Assembly: GCA_035331685.1 (NCBI GenBank)
Contig: DAOLKH010000001.1
Location: 1-31,157, forward strand
Source: Pseudomonadales bacterium
GTDB lineage: Bacteria; Pseudomonadota; Gammaproteobacteria; Pseudomonadales; UBA5518
Length of the DNA stretch: 31,157 bases
Reading direction: 5' to 3'
In this document: piece after piece, positions 1-9,609 of the stretch
How the letters are laid out: every line of letters starts with the position of its first letter
Numbering within the stretch: the first letter of the stretch is position 1
Position numbers and translations under genes: made by a program
The notes under the pieces: model-generated
The model's input: the letters and a program-made list of their open reading frames with translations, nothing else
Told to the model about the DNA's origin: nothing
The model's database searches: none

Positions 1-126
1 GGTGCTCTTGCCGGCGCCGTTGCGGCCGAGCAGCGCGATCGTGTCGCCCTCGTCGACGCGAAGGTCCAGGCCGAAGAGCACCTGGCTGGTGCCGTAGAAG
101 ACCTCCAGGCCGTCGGCCTCGAGCAC
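1..126 (-). CDS. N-terminal fragment of a LivF/LivG-type ABC transporter ATP-binding domain, in frame with the kinase upstream; runs off the window edge
   Basis: Minus-strand translation VLEADGLEVFYGTSQVLFGLDLRVDEGDTIALLGRNGAGKST ends in a Walker A (GRNGAGKST). It has no start codon of its own and is absent from the ORF track because no stop lies in the window. Confidence 0.8.
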   Translation of the reverse strand, partial: MLEADGLEVFYGTSQVLFGLDLRVDEGDTIALLGRNGAGKST

Positions 127-708
127 GTTCTGCGCCGTCAGGTCGTGGTGGCACAACGCGTCGCGCTGATGCCCGAAACGGTACTGCTCGAGCACGTGGC
201 GGGCCGCTCCAAGCCAGCGTCGCGCACGCAGCCAGCCACGCGCGTCCGCAGCGTGCAGCTCGCGGGCATAGCTGCGGATCCGGTCGGCGATATTCACCGC
301 GGGCACATCCAGCTTCTGCCGGTGCAACAGTTGCAGTGCCGCCGCGAGCCGATCGATGGTGTCACCGGCACCGAGCCCTTCGATGCGCAACGGCCGGCCT
401 TCGATGTACGCGGTGACCAGCGTCCCGCGCGCAGGATTGCAATAGACGACTTCCGGCCCGAGCGCGATGCGTGCGGCGCGATCGAGCACGCGCCGCTCCA
501 CCTGGCGATCGACACCGAGGTGTGCGGCAGCCTTTTCCGGAAAGCGCGCAACGTAGCGTCGTCCGGCATGACGGATCAGGAAGCTGCGGTTGCTGTGCCC
601 GGAGCTGAACACCGCCTCGACTTCCGGCGGCTCGTCACCGTCCCCGGGACACCACTCGTCGAACAGATCGACCAGACGGCGCGGCAGAACATGCTGCGGT
701 TTGTTCAC
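127..708 (-). CDS. Choline/ethanolamine kinase-like (APH superfamily) phosphotransferase, probable thiamine kinase; C-terminal part missing
   Basis: Manual translation from GTG at 708: MNKPQHVLPRR...SSGHSNRSFLIRHAGRRYVARFP...LGVDRQVERRVL...LVTAYIEG...ALCHHDLTAQN. These are a Gly-rich loop equivalent and the HxDxxxxN catalytic loop. The expected DWE/DFE motif is replaced by ABC sequence. It is the last gene of a TPP-regulated operon. Confidence 0.75.
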
Positions 709-1282
709 GATAATGACGTCGCCACTGGAAGTATCCGAACACGACGATCACAAGATAGACCACAAACAACAGCGCGGTGAGATGCAGTCCACGGTCCAGA
801 TACAGGTACAGCGAAACGGAATCCACCACCAGCCAGTACAGCCAGTTCTCGAGCAGCTTCTGCGCAACCATCCAGGTCGTGAGTACCGCTCCCCAGGTCG
901 TGAAGGAGTCGAGGTACGGCAGCCGCCCCAGCCCGAACGCGGTCAATGCGCTGCCGGACAGCAGCGAAGCGCCGAGCAACACCGCCACGGCCAGCAAATG
1001 ATTGCGCCAGGGCCAGGTGCGGATCGACGGCGCCTGCTCATCCGTGACCCCGCCGCCACGCCAATGCCACCAGCCATACACCGCCATGCCGAGGTAATAG
1101 ACCTGCAGCGCCGACTCCATCGGCAACCCGACGTGCCAGAACAGGAACAGGTAGATCAGCGTGCTGCAGAACGCGGCGTACCAGCACCACAGGCTTTCAC
1201 GCATCGCGAGCAGCAGGTACGCAACACCGAGCACCACCGCAAGCGCTTCCCAGGCATGACGGGCCGTCCAGAACGCCTCCAC
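635..1282 (-). CDS. pnuC: PnuC-family vitamin transporter, probably thiamine-specific (PnuT type)
   Basis: Hydrophobic 215 aa protein with PnuC motifs (ESALQVYYLGMAVYGWWHW, YLDSFTTWGAVLTTWMVAQKLLENWLYW). GTG start with GAGGAG RBS. Thiamine specificity is inferred from the riboswitch. Confidence 0.9.
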   Translation of the reverse strand: MEAFWTARHAWEALAVVLGVAYLLLAMRESLWCWYAAFCSTLIYLFLFWHVGLPMESALQVYYLGMAVYGWWHWRGGGVTDEQAPSIRTWPWRNHLLAVAVLLGASLLSGSALTAFGLGRLPYLDSFTTWGAVLTTWMVAQKLLENWLYWLVVDSVSLYLYLDRGLHLTALLFVVYLVIVVFGYFQWRRHYREQTAACSAAPSGRSVRRVVSRGR

Positions 1283-1291
1283 CCGCGCTCC

Positions 1292-1546
1292 TCAGGAGCC
1301 CAGACGCACGTCGCCGGCGATGATCTTTGCCACCAGCACCGACTTGCCCCAGGTCGTCACGCTGTGCTCGAACTCCTGTGCCAGGACCGTCAGCACGTGC
1401 GTGCTCTCACCGAAAAGCTGGGTCGACAGCGCGCCGCGCGTCACTTCGATGCCTTCGCGCAACTGCACGCGGTGAATGAAATCGATGACGATCGGGATGA
1501 ACTCTTCCTGCAGCGGGTAGAGACTGATATCGACGGAGACCTGCAT
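1292..1546 (-). CDS. YkoF/MTH1187-family thiamine-binding protein (84 aa)
   Basis: MQVSVDISLYPLQEEFIPIVIDFIHRV...LSTQLFGE matches the SLYPL/TxxxGE pattern of this family. ATG at 1546 has an AGAGGA RBS and lies directly after the receptor stop. Confidence 0.8.
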   Translation of the reverse strand: MQVSVDISLYPLQEEFIPIVIDFIHRVQLREGIEVTRGALSTQLFGESTHVLTVLAQEFEHSVTTWGKSVLVAKIIAGDVRLGS

Positions 1547-1547
1547 C

Positions 1548-3692
1548 TCATTTTCCTCTTTCGAAGTGATAGGTGACGCTGACACCGGCCACGCGCGGTG
1601 GACCAAACTGCCAGTACGGTTCGTTCGCGTAGAACTTGCGCGGGTCATTGCCGAAGTAGAAGCCGTGTACCGCGTAGTCCTTGTCGAGTGCGTTGCGCAC
1701 CCAGGCACCGACCTCGAGCGATTCGCCACGCCAGCCGGCACCCAGGTGCAGCAGGCCGAACGCATCGGTCTTCTGATCGTCGGAATCGGAAAGGTAGTAG
1801 GCATCCTTGCCCTCGTATTCGACGCGAAGGTACGCGTGCTGCAGCAAGGCGAGCTCTGCGCCCACGCGGAATTGCCACTTCGGCGCCTGCGCCTGCGCGC
1901 GACCGCTGCGATCGACGAAGCCGCGATCGGGATCGTTGGCCACGAAACCGTCGATCCTGGTCTCGAGCAGCCCGAGCGAAGCGTCGATGCGCAGGCGCTG
2001 CGTGGCCTGCCAGTCCAGCGTCGACTCCAAACCGCAGTTGCTGCCATCGGCGGCATTGTCGATGTAGCCCACGAACTGCTGCCCCTCGATGTACCACGCC
2101 TTCAGTTGCACGTCGCGGCGGTCCATGTAGAACAGCGCAACCGCCACGCGCAGCCCGGCGTCGGGACGCGAGTATTTCCAGCCAATCTCGTAGTTGTCGA
2201 GCGTCTCGGCGGCGTATTCGCTGCGCGTGGCGAGGAAGTCCAGGATCGTCGGGTCCAACCCTGCCTTGCGTGCCTTGCCGATCGCCTCGCCGTTCACGCC
2301 GCCGGCCTTGTAGCCGCGTGCCACCAGCGCATACAGCATGGCATTCGTGCCCACCCCGTACTGCGCTGCAATCTGCCCGCCACGCAGCCAGTCTGCCGGC
2401 CTTTCACGCAAGCCGAGCGAGTCACGATAGCGTGCCTCGAAGCGCTGCACGCGAAGACCGGCATTCAGGCTCAGTCGCTCGCTCGCCTGCCATTCGATCT
2501 CGCCGTATGCAGCAAGATGACCGCTGCGGTAGTCGCTGTCGAACTGTCCCGGCCCATCGAGATCCCAGTCGTAAAACTCGCGCCCGAGCCCTGTGTCGCG
2601 CCGCGTGGCGTATACGCCGCCGACCCAGCCGAGCGCGCCAGGATGCCCGACGAAGCGCAGATCGAGACTGCGTGCTTCGGCTGTACGCAGGTACCGATCA
2701 CTCGATGCGTACTCCCAGCCTTCGCATGCACTGCCATCGCATAGCCCGGGATGCGACCAGTCCTCGTCGTACGCGTAGTCGCTGCCGGTATCCATCCAGG
2801 TCGCGAGCAGCTGCACGTCGAAGGCGGCTGCGCCACGCCACTGCGCGCTGAGCGCAGCCGCACTGCTGCGCTGGTAGTCGCGCCCCGGCAGATCGGACAG
2901 CGTGTGACGGTTGTTGTCGAGCGACCAGGCGTCGTAGCCATTGTGCGCATCGACGTGCAACGCAGTCAGCCCGAGCTCCAGCGCATCGCTCGCCTGCCAG
3001 ACGAGCCGCGCGCGCAGCGTGTCTTCGTCGATGCGGGCGGTGTCGTCGCGCCGGAGGTAATCGTTCCTGATATAGCCGTCGCTGCGGTTGCGATGCAACG
3101 CGAGCCGCCCCTGCAGACCCGAGCTCAGACCACCGCTGATCACCGCACCCAGCGTGCTGCCGCCGTAGTCCGACACGCCGGCCTCGATGCGTGCGAGAGG
3201 CGTGCTCGTCGGTGCCGCAGAGCGCAGATTGACCAACCCCGCTAGCGCACTGGCGCCGAATGCGGTGCCCTGCGGACCGCGCAGGATCTCCACCTGCTCA
3301 ACGTCGAACAGCGTGCCGGCGTTGCCCAGTCCGCTGAAGTCGATGCCGTCGATGTACAGCCCCACCGAGGGGTCGACCGGATCGACGAACTGGCTGCGCT
3401 CGCCGATGCCGCGGATCTGCACGAAACGCCCACGCGAAGCCCCGGCGCTGTAGTTCACGTTCGGCGCCGCGTTCAGCAACTCCTCGAAATGCCGCGCCTG
3501 CCGGTCCCGGATCAGTGCGGCGGGCAACACGCTGACGCTGGCTGCGACCGTATCCTGCGACTTGGGCAGCAGGCGTGCGGTAACCACGACCTCCTCGATG
3601 CGATCCGCCGTTGCTGCGACGGACACCAGGCTCCATGGTGAAAGCACGAGCAGCGCGCACACGACGCGCGCTGAAACAAAGGCACGATGCAT
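1548..3692 (-). CDS. TonB-dependent outer-membrane receptor, probably for thiamine (714 aa)
   Basis: Signal-peptide-like N-terminus, TonB box IEEVVVTA, plug motifs (VQIRGIG, VEQVEILRGPQGTAFG), barrel-type C-terminus. ATG at 3692 with GGAGG RBS, downstream of the TPP aptamer. Confidence 0.92.
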   Translation of the reverse strand: MHRAFVSARVVCALLVLSPWSLVSVAATADRIEEVVVTARLLPKSQDTVAASVSVLPAALIRDRQARHFEELLNAAPNVNYSAGASRGRFVQIRGIGERSQFVDPVDPSVGLYIDGIDFSGLGNAGTLFDVEQVEILRGPQGTAFGASALAGLVNLRSAAPTSTPLARIEAGVSDYGGSTLGAVISGGLSSGLQGRLALHRNRSDGYIRNDYLRRDDTARIDEDTLRARLVWQASDALELGLTALHVDAHNGYDAWSLDNNRHTLSDLPGRDYQRSSAAALSAQWRGAAAFDVQLLATWMDTGSDYAYDEDWSHPGLCDGSACEGWEYASSDRYLRTAEARSLDLRFVGHPGALGWVGGVYATRRDTGLGREFYDWDLDGPGQFDSDYRSGHLAAYGEIEWQASERLSLNAGLRVQRFEARYRDSLGLRERPADWLRGGQIAAQYGVGTNAMLYALVARGYKAGGVNGEAIGKARKAGLDPTILDFLATRSEYAAETLDNYEIGWKYSRPDAGLRVAVALFYMDRRDVQLKAWYIEGQQFVGYIDNAADGSNCGLESTLDWQATQRLRIDASLGLLETRIDGFVANDPDRGFVDRSGRAQAQAPKWQFRVGAELALLQHAYLRVEYEGKDAYYLSDSDDQKTDAFGLLHLGAGWRGESLEVGAWVRNALDKDYAVHGFYFGNDPRKFYANEPYWQFGPPRVAGVSVTYHFERGK

Positions 3693-3763
3693 CCGTGACC
3701 TCCCTGACAGGGGATCCGGACCAGCTCTCTGGATACGTGGACACGCAACGGAAGATGCGCGCA

Positions 3764-3852
3764 TTCCCATCCCTTCGCCGGCATTATCCGGATCAGGTTC
3801 AAGGGGTTCACCGGACCATTCCGGTGTCTCAGGCGTGACCCACCCCCAGGAG
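3764..3852 (-). ncRNA. TPP (THI-box) riboswitch aptamer
   Basis: Minus strand reads GGGGGTGGGTCACGCCTGAGA...ACCCCTTGAACCTGATCCGGATAATGCCGGCGAAGGGA. All hallmark segments are present (GGGG, CUGAGA, ACCC, ACCUGAU, UAAUGC, CGxAGGGA) and the P5 stem CCGG/CCGG pairs. Confidence 0.96.
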
Positions 3853-3858
3853 GCGCGG

Positions 3859-3864
3859 AGTATA
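3859..3864 (-). promoter_or_regulatory. Putative sigma70 -10 box (TATACT) of the thiamine operon
   Basis: TATACT lies about 7 nt upstream of the aptamer 5' end. No convincing -35. Confidence 0.5.
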
Positions 3865-3865
3865 A

Positions 3866-3891
3866 CCCGTGCTCCCGCCGAACGGCACGGG
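3866..3891. terminator. Hairpin (CCCGTGC/GCACGGG), possible terminator of the LLM gene
   Basis: 7-bp inverted repeat 30 nt past the LLM stop. It is followed by CTTTT on + and TTAT on -. Confidence 0.4.
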
Positions 3892-3920
3892 CTTTTCCGG
3901 ACAGGGCGTTTCCGGCAGCT

Positions 3921-4814
3921 CTACGGGCGCACGCCGAGCCTGTCCATCAGCTCTGCCAGCCGTTCGATCTCGGCGATATCGGCAGTGACCGGAACGAACA
4001 TGATCTCATCGACCTCGAGCGCATGATAGTCGTCGATCACGCGACGCACGGCGTCTGCGCTCGAGCGCGTCATCGACCCGGCAACCAGGTTCGCCACGTT
4101 CTCGTCGGCGATCTTGAGATAGTCGTGCACGTACTGGCGCAGGCGCGGCGCTGCATCGTCGGCCAGCGAGTGCCAGAACCCTGCCATGCGGTACGGCCGG
4201 TCCGCGCGGCCTGCGGCCTCCCACGACGCGTCGGCCATCTGCAGCATGTTCGCGACCTCGTGCTTCTCGCCGTTCATCGAGAACATGTACACACCCTGCG
4301 CCCACTCGGCGGCGCGGCGCATGCTCTTGGGCCCCATCGCGCCGACCAGGATCGGCGGCCCGCCGGGCTGCACCGGTATGGGACCGACGGGATCCGCGCC
4401 CTCGAACGGCGGCTCTCCAGCCCAGATGCGGCGCATCTCGGCGATCTGTGCGTCCATGCGCTCGTGGCGATGCGCAAACGCCGCACCCACTGCGCGGTAG
4501 TCCTTCTCGCGCCCGCCGACGCCGACCGTCACCGTGACGCGCCCGCCGGACACCACGTCGAGCGTGGCGATCTCCTTCGCCGCCCACACGGCCGAGTGCA
4601 TCGGCAGCACGTACAGGGACGGCACGATGCGCACGCGCGTGGTCAGTGCGGCAGCCGCACCGAGCAGGATGCGCATATCGCAGGTAGGGCCGGTGATGCG
4701 CTCCCCGCACGACAGGCTGTCCCACGGCCCGGCGTCGATCGCCCGGCACCAGGCGAGCAGCGTATCCCGATCGTAATCACGCTTCATGTATGGCAGGCAG
4801 ACGCCGTAGCGCAT
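3921..4814 (-). CDS. LLM-class (luciferase-like) flavin-dependent oxidoreductase (297 aa)
   Basis: [64 protein letters not shown] at 4814 with GGAGG RBS. Confidence 0.85.
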   Translation of the reverse strand: MRYGVCLPYMKRDYDRDTLLAWCRAIDAGPWDSLSCGERITGPTCDMRILLGAAAALTTRVRIVPSLYVLPMHSAVWAAKEIATLDVVSGGRVTVTVGVGGREKDYRAVGAAFAHRHERMDAQIAEMRRIWAGEPPFEGADPVGPIPVQPGGPPILVGAMGPKSMRRAAEWAQGVYMFSMNGEKHEVANMLQMADASWEAAGRADRPYRMAGFWHSLADDAAPRLRQYVHDYLKIADENVANLVAGSMTRSSADAVRRVIDDYHALEVDEIMFVPVTADIAEIERLAELMDRLGVRP

Positions 4815-4959
4815 CGCTGATCCTCCGCTGGATTTGCTCGCGTCGATGATATCCGCCAACCGCAGCACCGTCTGCGCCCGCGCAGTCGCGGCCGCGTTGA
4901 TTTGTGTTTCCGGGCAGGCTACTGTCGCGCCGTTCATCCCGCCCTGCAGGTCCATCGCC

Positions 4960-5247
4960 GTGTCCGCATCACGCAAGCCCCGCAATTTCGAGAAGGCGCT
5001 GACCGAACTCGAAGCGCTCGTCGAACGGCTGGAACACGGCGACCTCAGCCTGGAAGAATCCCTGAAGGCATTCGAGGCCGGCGTGCGGCTGACGCAGGAG
5101 TGCCAACAGGCACTGACGCAGGCGCGCCAGCGGGTGCAGTTGTTGACGGCCCAGGACGGCGCCATGCACGCCGAAGCGTTTGGCGACGACATGGGCGAGG
5201 ATCAGGACGCGGAACAGGACGACGCCGACGCGGACGACGATGCCTGA
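4960..5247 (+). CDS. xseB: Exodeoxyribonuclease VII small subunit
   Basis: [46 protein letters not shown] start at 4960 chosen. Conserved xseB-ispA-dxs order. Confidence 0.93.
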   Translation: MSASRKPRNFEKALTELEALVERLEHGDLSLEESLKAFEAGVRLTQECQQALTQARQRVQLLTAQDGAMHAEAFGDDMGEDQDAEQDDADADDDA

Positions 5248-6148
5248 GATCCGCCAGCACGGCAATCCGCTGCACGCCTACCGCCAACGTGCCGAAGCGG
5301 CGCTCGCCGCACTTTTCGAGACCACCCTGGTCGGTAGCGACGATCGACGGCTGCACGCCGCGATGCGTTACAGCCTGCTTGCCGGCGGCAAGCGGCTGCG
5401 GCCGGTGCTGCTTTATGCTGCGACCGACGCACTCGGCGGCAGCCGTGCCAGCGCCGCCGACACCGACCGCGCCGCCTGCGCGATCGAGTGCATCCACACC
5501 TACTCGCTGATCCACGACGACCTGCCGGCGATGGACGACGACGATCTGCGCCGCGGAGTTCCGACCTGTCATCGCGCCTTCGATGAGGCCACCGCGATCC
5601 TCACCGGTGACGCATTGCAGGCTCTGGCCTTCGAACTGCTGTGCGCACTCGAAACAAGTGACGACACGCTGGCGCTGGCGCTGGTCGGAACGCTGGCACG
5701 CGCGAGCGGCAGCCGCGGCATGGTCGGTGGTCAGGCGATCGACATCGCCCACGTCGGGCGAGCGATCGATGCCGCCACGCTGGCGTCCATGCACGAACTC
5801 AAGACCGGTGCGCTGATCGGTGCCGCCTTGCACATGGGGGCGCTGCTCGGCGGAGCAAGCGGCGATGCGTTCGAGGCGATCGATGCTTACGCACGCGCCC
5901 TGGGACTCGCATTCCAGGTGCAGGACGACGTTCTGGACGCCTGCGGCAACGCAGCCGCACTCGGCAAGACACCCGGCTCCGATGCAGCGCACACCAAGCC
6001 AACCTATGTCACCCTGCTCGGTGAGAACGGAGCGCGCGCATTTGCTCACGAACTGTGCGCGCAGGCGCTGACGGCACTGACACCACTCGGCGCGCTGGCC
6101 GCGCCGCTGGCGGACATCGCGCGCTTCGTCGTCGAACGCGACCGCTGA
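5240..6148 (+). CDS. ispA: Farnesyl diphosphate synthase (geranyltranstransferase)
   Basis: [28 protein letters not shown] (first Asp-rich motif), [10 protein letters not shown] (second), KPTY. ATG overlaps the xseB stop. Confidence 0.95.
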   Translation: MPEIRQHGNPLHAYRQRAEAALAALFETTLVGSDDRRLHAAMRYSLLAGGKRLRPVLLYAATDALGGSRASAADTDRAACAIECIHTYSLIHDDLPAMDDDDLRRGVPTCHRAFDEATAILTGDALQALAFELLCALETSDDTLALALVGTLARASGSRGMVGGQAIDIAHVGRAIDAATLASMHELKTGALIGAALHMGALLGGASGDAFEAIDAYARALGLAFQVQDDVLDACGNAAALGKTPGSDAAHTKPTYVTLLGENGARAFAHELCAQALTALTPLGALAAPLADIARFVVERDR

Positions 6149-6200
6149 GCAGCGCGCGTTTTGCGACACCCTCCGTAGAGCACCTCGCAACGCGATCGGT

Positions 6201-6206
6201 TAGAAT
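6201..6206 (+). promoter_or_regulatory. Putative -10 box (TAGAAT) upstream of dxs
   Basis: TAGAAT in the ispA-dxs spacer. No clear -35. Confidence 0.35.
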
Positions 6207-6259
6207 CGCGACCCTTCCCGGCCCGTGCTGGCCGGTCCATGCGCAGGAAGCTCGCAGGC

Positions 6260-8182
6260 ATGAAACTGTTCCAGGAAATCCCCGTGTCGCGTCCGGCCAC
6301 GCCGCTGCTCGACCGCGTGGATTTTCCATACGATCTGCGCGCGCTCGACGAAACGGATCTGCGCCAGCTTGCAGACGAGTTGCGCGAGTACCTGCTCTAC
6401 GCGGTGGGTCGCACCGGGGGGCATTTCGGAGCCGGTCTCGGCGTGGTGGAGCTCAGCATCGCACTGCACTATGTGTTCGACACGCCGCGTGATCGGCTGG
6501 TGTGGGACGTGGGGCATCAGAGCTATCCGCACAAGATCCTGACCGGTCGGCGCGAGGCGATGCTGACGATCCGCCAGGCCGGCGGTCTCGCGGCATTCAA
6601 CAATCGCGCCGAAAGCGAGTACGACTGTTTCGGTGTCGGACACTCGAGCACCAGCATCAGCGCCGCGCTCGGCATGGCGCTCGCGGCACGCGCACGCGGC
6701 GAAAGCCGCAAGGCGGTGGCCATCATCGGCGACGGTGCGATGACCGCCGGCATGGCGTTCGAAGCGCTGAATCATGCTTCGCACACCGGCGCCGACCTGC
6801 TGGTGATCCTGAACGACAACCAGATGTCGATCTCGCGCAACGAAGGGGGGCTGGCGTCTGCCTTCGCGCGCCTGTGGGCCAGCCCTCTCTACAACAACAT
6901 GCGCGAGGGCGGCAAACGCGTACTGTCGCGGCTGCCGGGCCCGGCGCTGGAAATCGCGCGGCGCACCGAAGAACACATGAAGGGAATGGTGGCTCCCGGA
7001 ACGCTGTTCGAGGAACTGGGGTTCAACTATATCGGGCCGATCGACGGTCACGACCTGCCGTTGCTGGTAAGCACGCTGGGCAACGTGAGCGAGCTGAAAG
7101 GTGCCCAGTTGCTGCACGTGATGACCGTCAAGGGCAAGGGCTTCGCGCCAGCCGAGCGCGACCCGGTCGGCTACCATGCCATCGACAAGATCGATCCGTC
7201 ACCACGCGTCGCGGGCGCCCGACCACGCGCGGTACGGCCAAAGTACCAGGACGTCTTCGGCGCCTGGCTGTGCGACATGGCCGAACGCGACCGCCGCCTG
7301 ACAGGCATCACGCCGGCGATGTGTGAGGGTTCCGGCATGGGGGCGTTTGCACGGCGTTTTCCGGAGCGCTTCCACGATGTGGCGATTGCCGAGCAGCACG
7401 CCGTCACGCTGGCCGCCGGGCTCGCCTGCGAAGGCATGAAACCCGTCGTCGCGATCTACTCGACGTTCCTGCAACGCGCGTATGACCAGCTGATCCACGA
7501 CGTCGCGCTGCAGAACCTCGACGTACTGTTTGCGATCGACCGCGCCGGACTGGTCGGCGAGGACGGCCCCACTCACGCCGGCAGCTTCGATCTCGGCTAT
7601 CTGCGCTGTGTGCCGAACATGGTGGTGATGGCGCCATCCGACGAGAACGAGACCCGCCAGTTGCTGTCGACGGGATTCCTGCACGACGGGCCGGCTGCGG
7701 TGCGCTACCCGCGCGGCTACGGACCCGGAACCACGATCGAACCGGCACTGGAAGCAATGCCCATCGGCAAGGGTGTGGTGCGCCGGCACGGACGCGAGGT
7801 CGCCATGCTCGCCTTCGGCTCGATGGTCGCGCCGGCGCTCGCCGCCGCTGCCGCACTCGACGCCACCGTGGTCGACATGCGCTTCGTGAAGCCGCTGGAC
7901 GAGGCGCTGATCCTCGAACTCGCCGCCAGCCATGCGCTGCTGGTCAGCATCGAAGAGAACGCGATCGCGGGTGGTGCCGGCAGCGCAATCGGCGAGTTCC
8001 TCACCGCGCACGACATCACCCTGCCGCTGCTCATGCTCGGTTTGCCGGACCGCTTTCTCGAGCATGGCAAGCCGGCAGCGATGCTGCACGACGCAGGGCT
8101 GGACGCCGAGGGAATCGAGGCAGCGGTACGTGCGCGTCTTGCCGCATCGCGACAGGGCAGCAGCCTGCAAGCATCTGCCTGA
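6260..8182 (+). CDS. dxs: 1-deoxy-D-xylulose-5-phosphate synthase
   Basis: [33 protein letters not shown]-binding [17 protein letters not shown]...[20 protein letters not shown]. Confidence 0.97.
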   Translation: MKLFQEIPVSRPATPLLDRVDFPYDLRALDETDLRQLADELREYLLYAVGRTGGHFGAGLGVVELSIALHYVFDTPRDRLVWDVGHQSYPHKILTGRREAMLTIRQAGGLAAFNNRAESEYDCFGVGHSSTSISAALGMALAARARGESRKAVAIIGDGAMTAGMAFEALNHASHTGADLLVILNDNQMSISRNEGGLASAFARLWASPLYNNMREGGKRVLSRLPGPALEIARRTEEHMKGMVAPGTLFEELGFNYIGPIDGHDLPLLVSTLGNVSELKGAQLLHVMTVKGKGFAPAERDPVGYHAIDKIDPSPRVAGARPRAVRPKYQDVFGAWLCDMAERDRRLTGITPAMCEGSGMGAFARRFPERFHDVAIAEQHAVTLAAGLACEGMKPVVAIYSTFLQRAYDQLIHDVALQNLDVLFAIDRAGLVGEDGPTHAGSFDLGYLRCVPNMVVMAPSDENETRQLLSTGFLHDGPAAVRYPRGYGPGTTIEPALEAMPIGKGVVRRHGREVAMLAFGSMVAPALAAAAALDATVVDMRFVKPLDEALILELAASHALLVSIEENAIAGGAGSAIGEFLTAHDITLPLLMLGLPDRFLEHGKPAAMLHDAGLDAEGIEAAVRARLAASRQGSSLQASA

Positions 8183-8187
8183 AAAGC

Positions 8188-8208
8188 CGGCTTCCCGCTC
8201 AGAAGCCG
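8188..8208. terminator. Hairpin between convergent dxs and ribA
   Basis: CGGCTTC-7 nt-GAAGCCG, followed by GCTTTT on the minus strand. Confidence 0.45.
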
Positions 8209-8257
8209 TCTTGAAACGCTGCCTGCATCAACGATCGGAGCTGTTGCGACAGGCTCT

Positions 8258-8860
8258 TCAGCCGCCCGGGTCTTCCTGCATCCAGTGACCGAGCTTGCCT
8301 GCCTTGGTTTCGAGATAGCGCACGTTGTGCGGATTCTGACCGGTGCGAATCGCGATACGCTCGACGACCCGAACACCCATGTCCTCGATCGCGGCCACCT
8401 TGCGCGGATTGTTCGTCATCAGGCGCAGTGCCGTGATACGCAGGTGGCGCAACATCTCCCGGCAGATGCTGTAATCACGCATGTCGGCGCCAAAGCCCAG
8501 CTTTTCGTTGGCCTCGACCGTGTCGGCGCCCTCATCCTGCAGATGGTAGGCGCGGATCTTGTTCAGCAGGCCAATACCGCGCCCCTCCTGACGCAGGTAG
8601 AGCAGCGCACCGCGTCCTTCGCGTGCGATCCGTTCGAGCGCTGTGCGCAACTGCGCCCCGCAATCGCAGCGCATGCTGAACAGCGCATCGCCGGTCAGGC
8701 ATTCGGAATGGATGCGTGCGAGCACCGGCTCACCGTCGGTGACATCGCCCATCGTCAGTACGACGTGCTCCTTTTCGTTTTCGATATCCTCGAAGCCGTG
8801 CATGTCGAACACGCCCCACGGCGTGGGCAGGCGCGACGAGGCGATGTAGCGGATGGACAC
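8258..8860 (-). CDS. ribA: GTP cyclohydrolase II
   Basis: [20 protein letters not shown] (three Zn-binding Cys), [32 protein letters not shown]. Confidence 0.97.
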   Translation of the reverse strand: MSIRYIASSRLPTPWGVFDMHGFEDIENEKEHVVLTMGDVTDGEPVLARIHSECLTGDALFSMRCDCGAQLRTALERIAREGRGALLYLRQEGRGIGLLNKIRAYHLQDEGADTVEANEKLGFGADMRDYSICREMLRHLRITALRLMTNNPRKVAAIEDMGVRVVERIAIRTGQNPHNVRYLETKAGKLGHWMQEDPGG

Positions 8861-8893
8861 TGCACGCGGCTCCGGCCGACAGAAAGGGGGGCG

Positions 8894-8902
8894 ATTCTAG
8901 CA
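8894..8902 (-). promoter_or_regulatory. Putative extended -10 (TGcTAGAAT) for ribA
   Basis: TG-n-TAGAAT about 35 nt upstream of the ribA GTG. Confidence 0.45.
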
Positions 8903-8934
8903 GTCAACCGCCGCGTGCCGCCAACGACGAGGGA

Positions 8935-9609
8935 TCATTTCTCGCCGAGATACAGCACTCCGTCCGCCTCGCGCAGCGTGACTCGTCCCAGCCACGACAT
9001 GCCGAGCAGCACGTCCGTCGGATAGTCACCCTCGATGACCGCCGCCGCGACGTTGCGCACCGCGATTCCCGAGACCTCGACCCGATCGAGCAGCACCGAC
9101 CAGGCCGGCACCACACCCGCAGCGGTCTGCACCGAACTGGCCGTGCCGTACAGCCGGTAATCGATACCGAGACGACGCGCCTCGCGGGAGTTCATCGCGA
9201 TCACGCTGGCGCCGGTGTCCACCAGCATCCGTGTCTGGCGCCCATTCACGGTAGCGGGGACCGCATACTGGTGGCGCTCGCTGCGGGCGATCGCAACCTC
9301 GCGCCGCGCCGGCGCCACGAATCCACCCGTTCCACCGCGCCCCGGTGCCAGCGTGATGCGCCGACCTCTGACCTCGACCGCGGCCTCGCGTGCATTCGCA
9401 GCCAGCAGCTTCACGCCCTCGGGCGAGGTCTCACCCACGCGCAGCATACGTTGCGCACCGTCAATGGCCAGCAGTGCGCGCCCCTCGAACAGCGCACTGG
9501 CGACGATGTCCGTCTGGGCATCGGCAGCCACCGCACCCAGTGCAAACCATGCAGCGAGCAGGCATGCCGCCAGCCCGTGCCCGCACGCCGATACCCGCAT
9601 CGCACTCAT
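8935..9609 (-). CDS. Exported retropepsin-like (clan AA, TIGR02281-type) aspartic protease
   Basis: Signal-peptide-like N-terminus, catalytic LVDTGAS motif, C-terminal VLLGMSWL. ATG overlaps the thiL stop (ATGA). Confidence 0.85.
   Translation of the reverse strand: MSAMRVSACGHGLAACLLAAWFALGAVAADAQTDIVASALFEGRALLAIDGAQRMLRVGETSPEGVKLLAANAREAAVEVRGRRITLAPGRGGTGGFVAPARREVAIARSERHQYAVPATVNGRQTRMLVDTGASVIAMNSREARRLGIDYRLYGTASSVQTAAGVVPAWSVLLDRVEVSGIAVRNVAAAVIEGDYPTDVLLGMSWLGRVTLREADGVLYLGEK

Noticed and set aside
635-708. 74-nt overlap of pnuC with the kinase as a sign of frameshift
   Set aside because: The PnuC core is complete before the overlap and the kinase frame is closed upstream by a stop. 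A short tail over a GTG start is sufficient explanation.
145-780. 211-aa plus-strand ORF in the track
   Set aside because: It is the codon-for-codon antisense shadow of the minus-strand kinase, which carries the real motifs.
4815-5192. Upstream extension of the LLM ORF to 423 aa; similar extensions for nusB, nrdR, ptsP, xseB, bfd, esterase and ykoF
   Set aside because: The extensions overlap neighbouring genes, and better starts with RBSs lie at the family N-termini.
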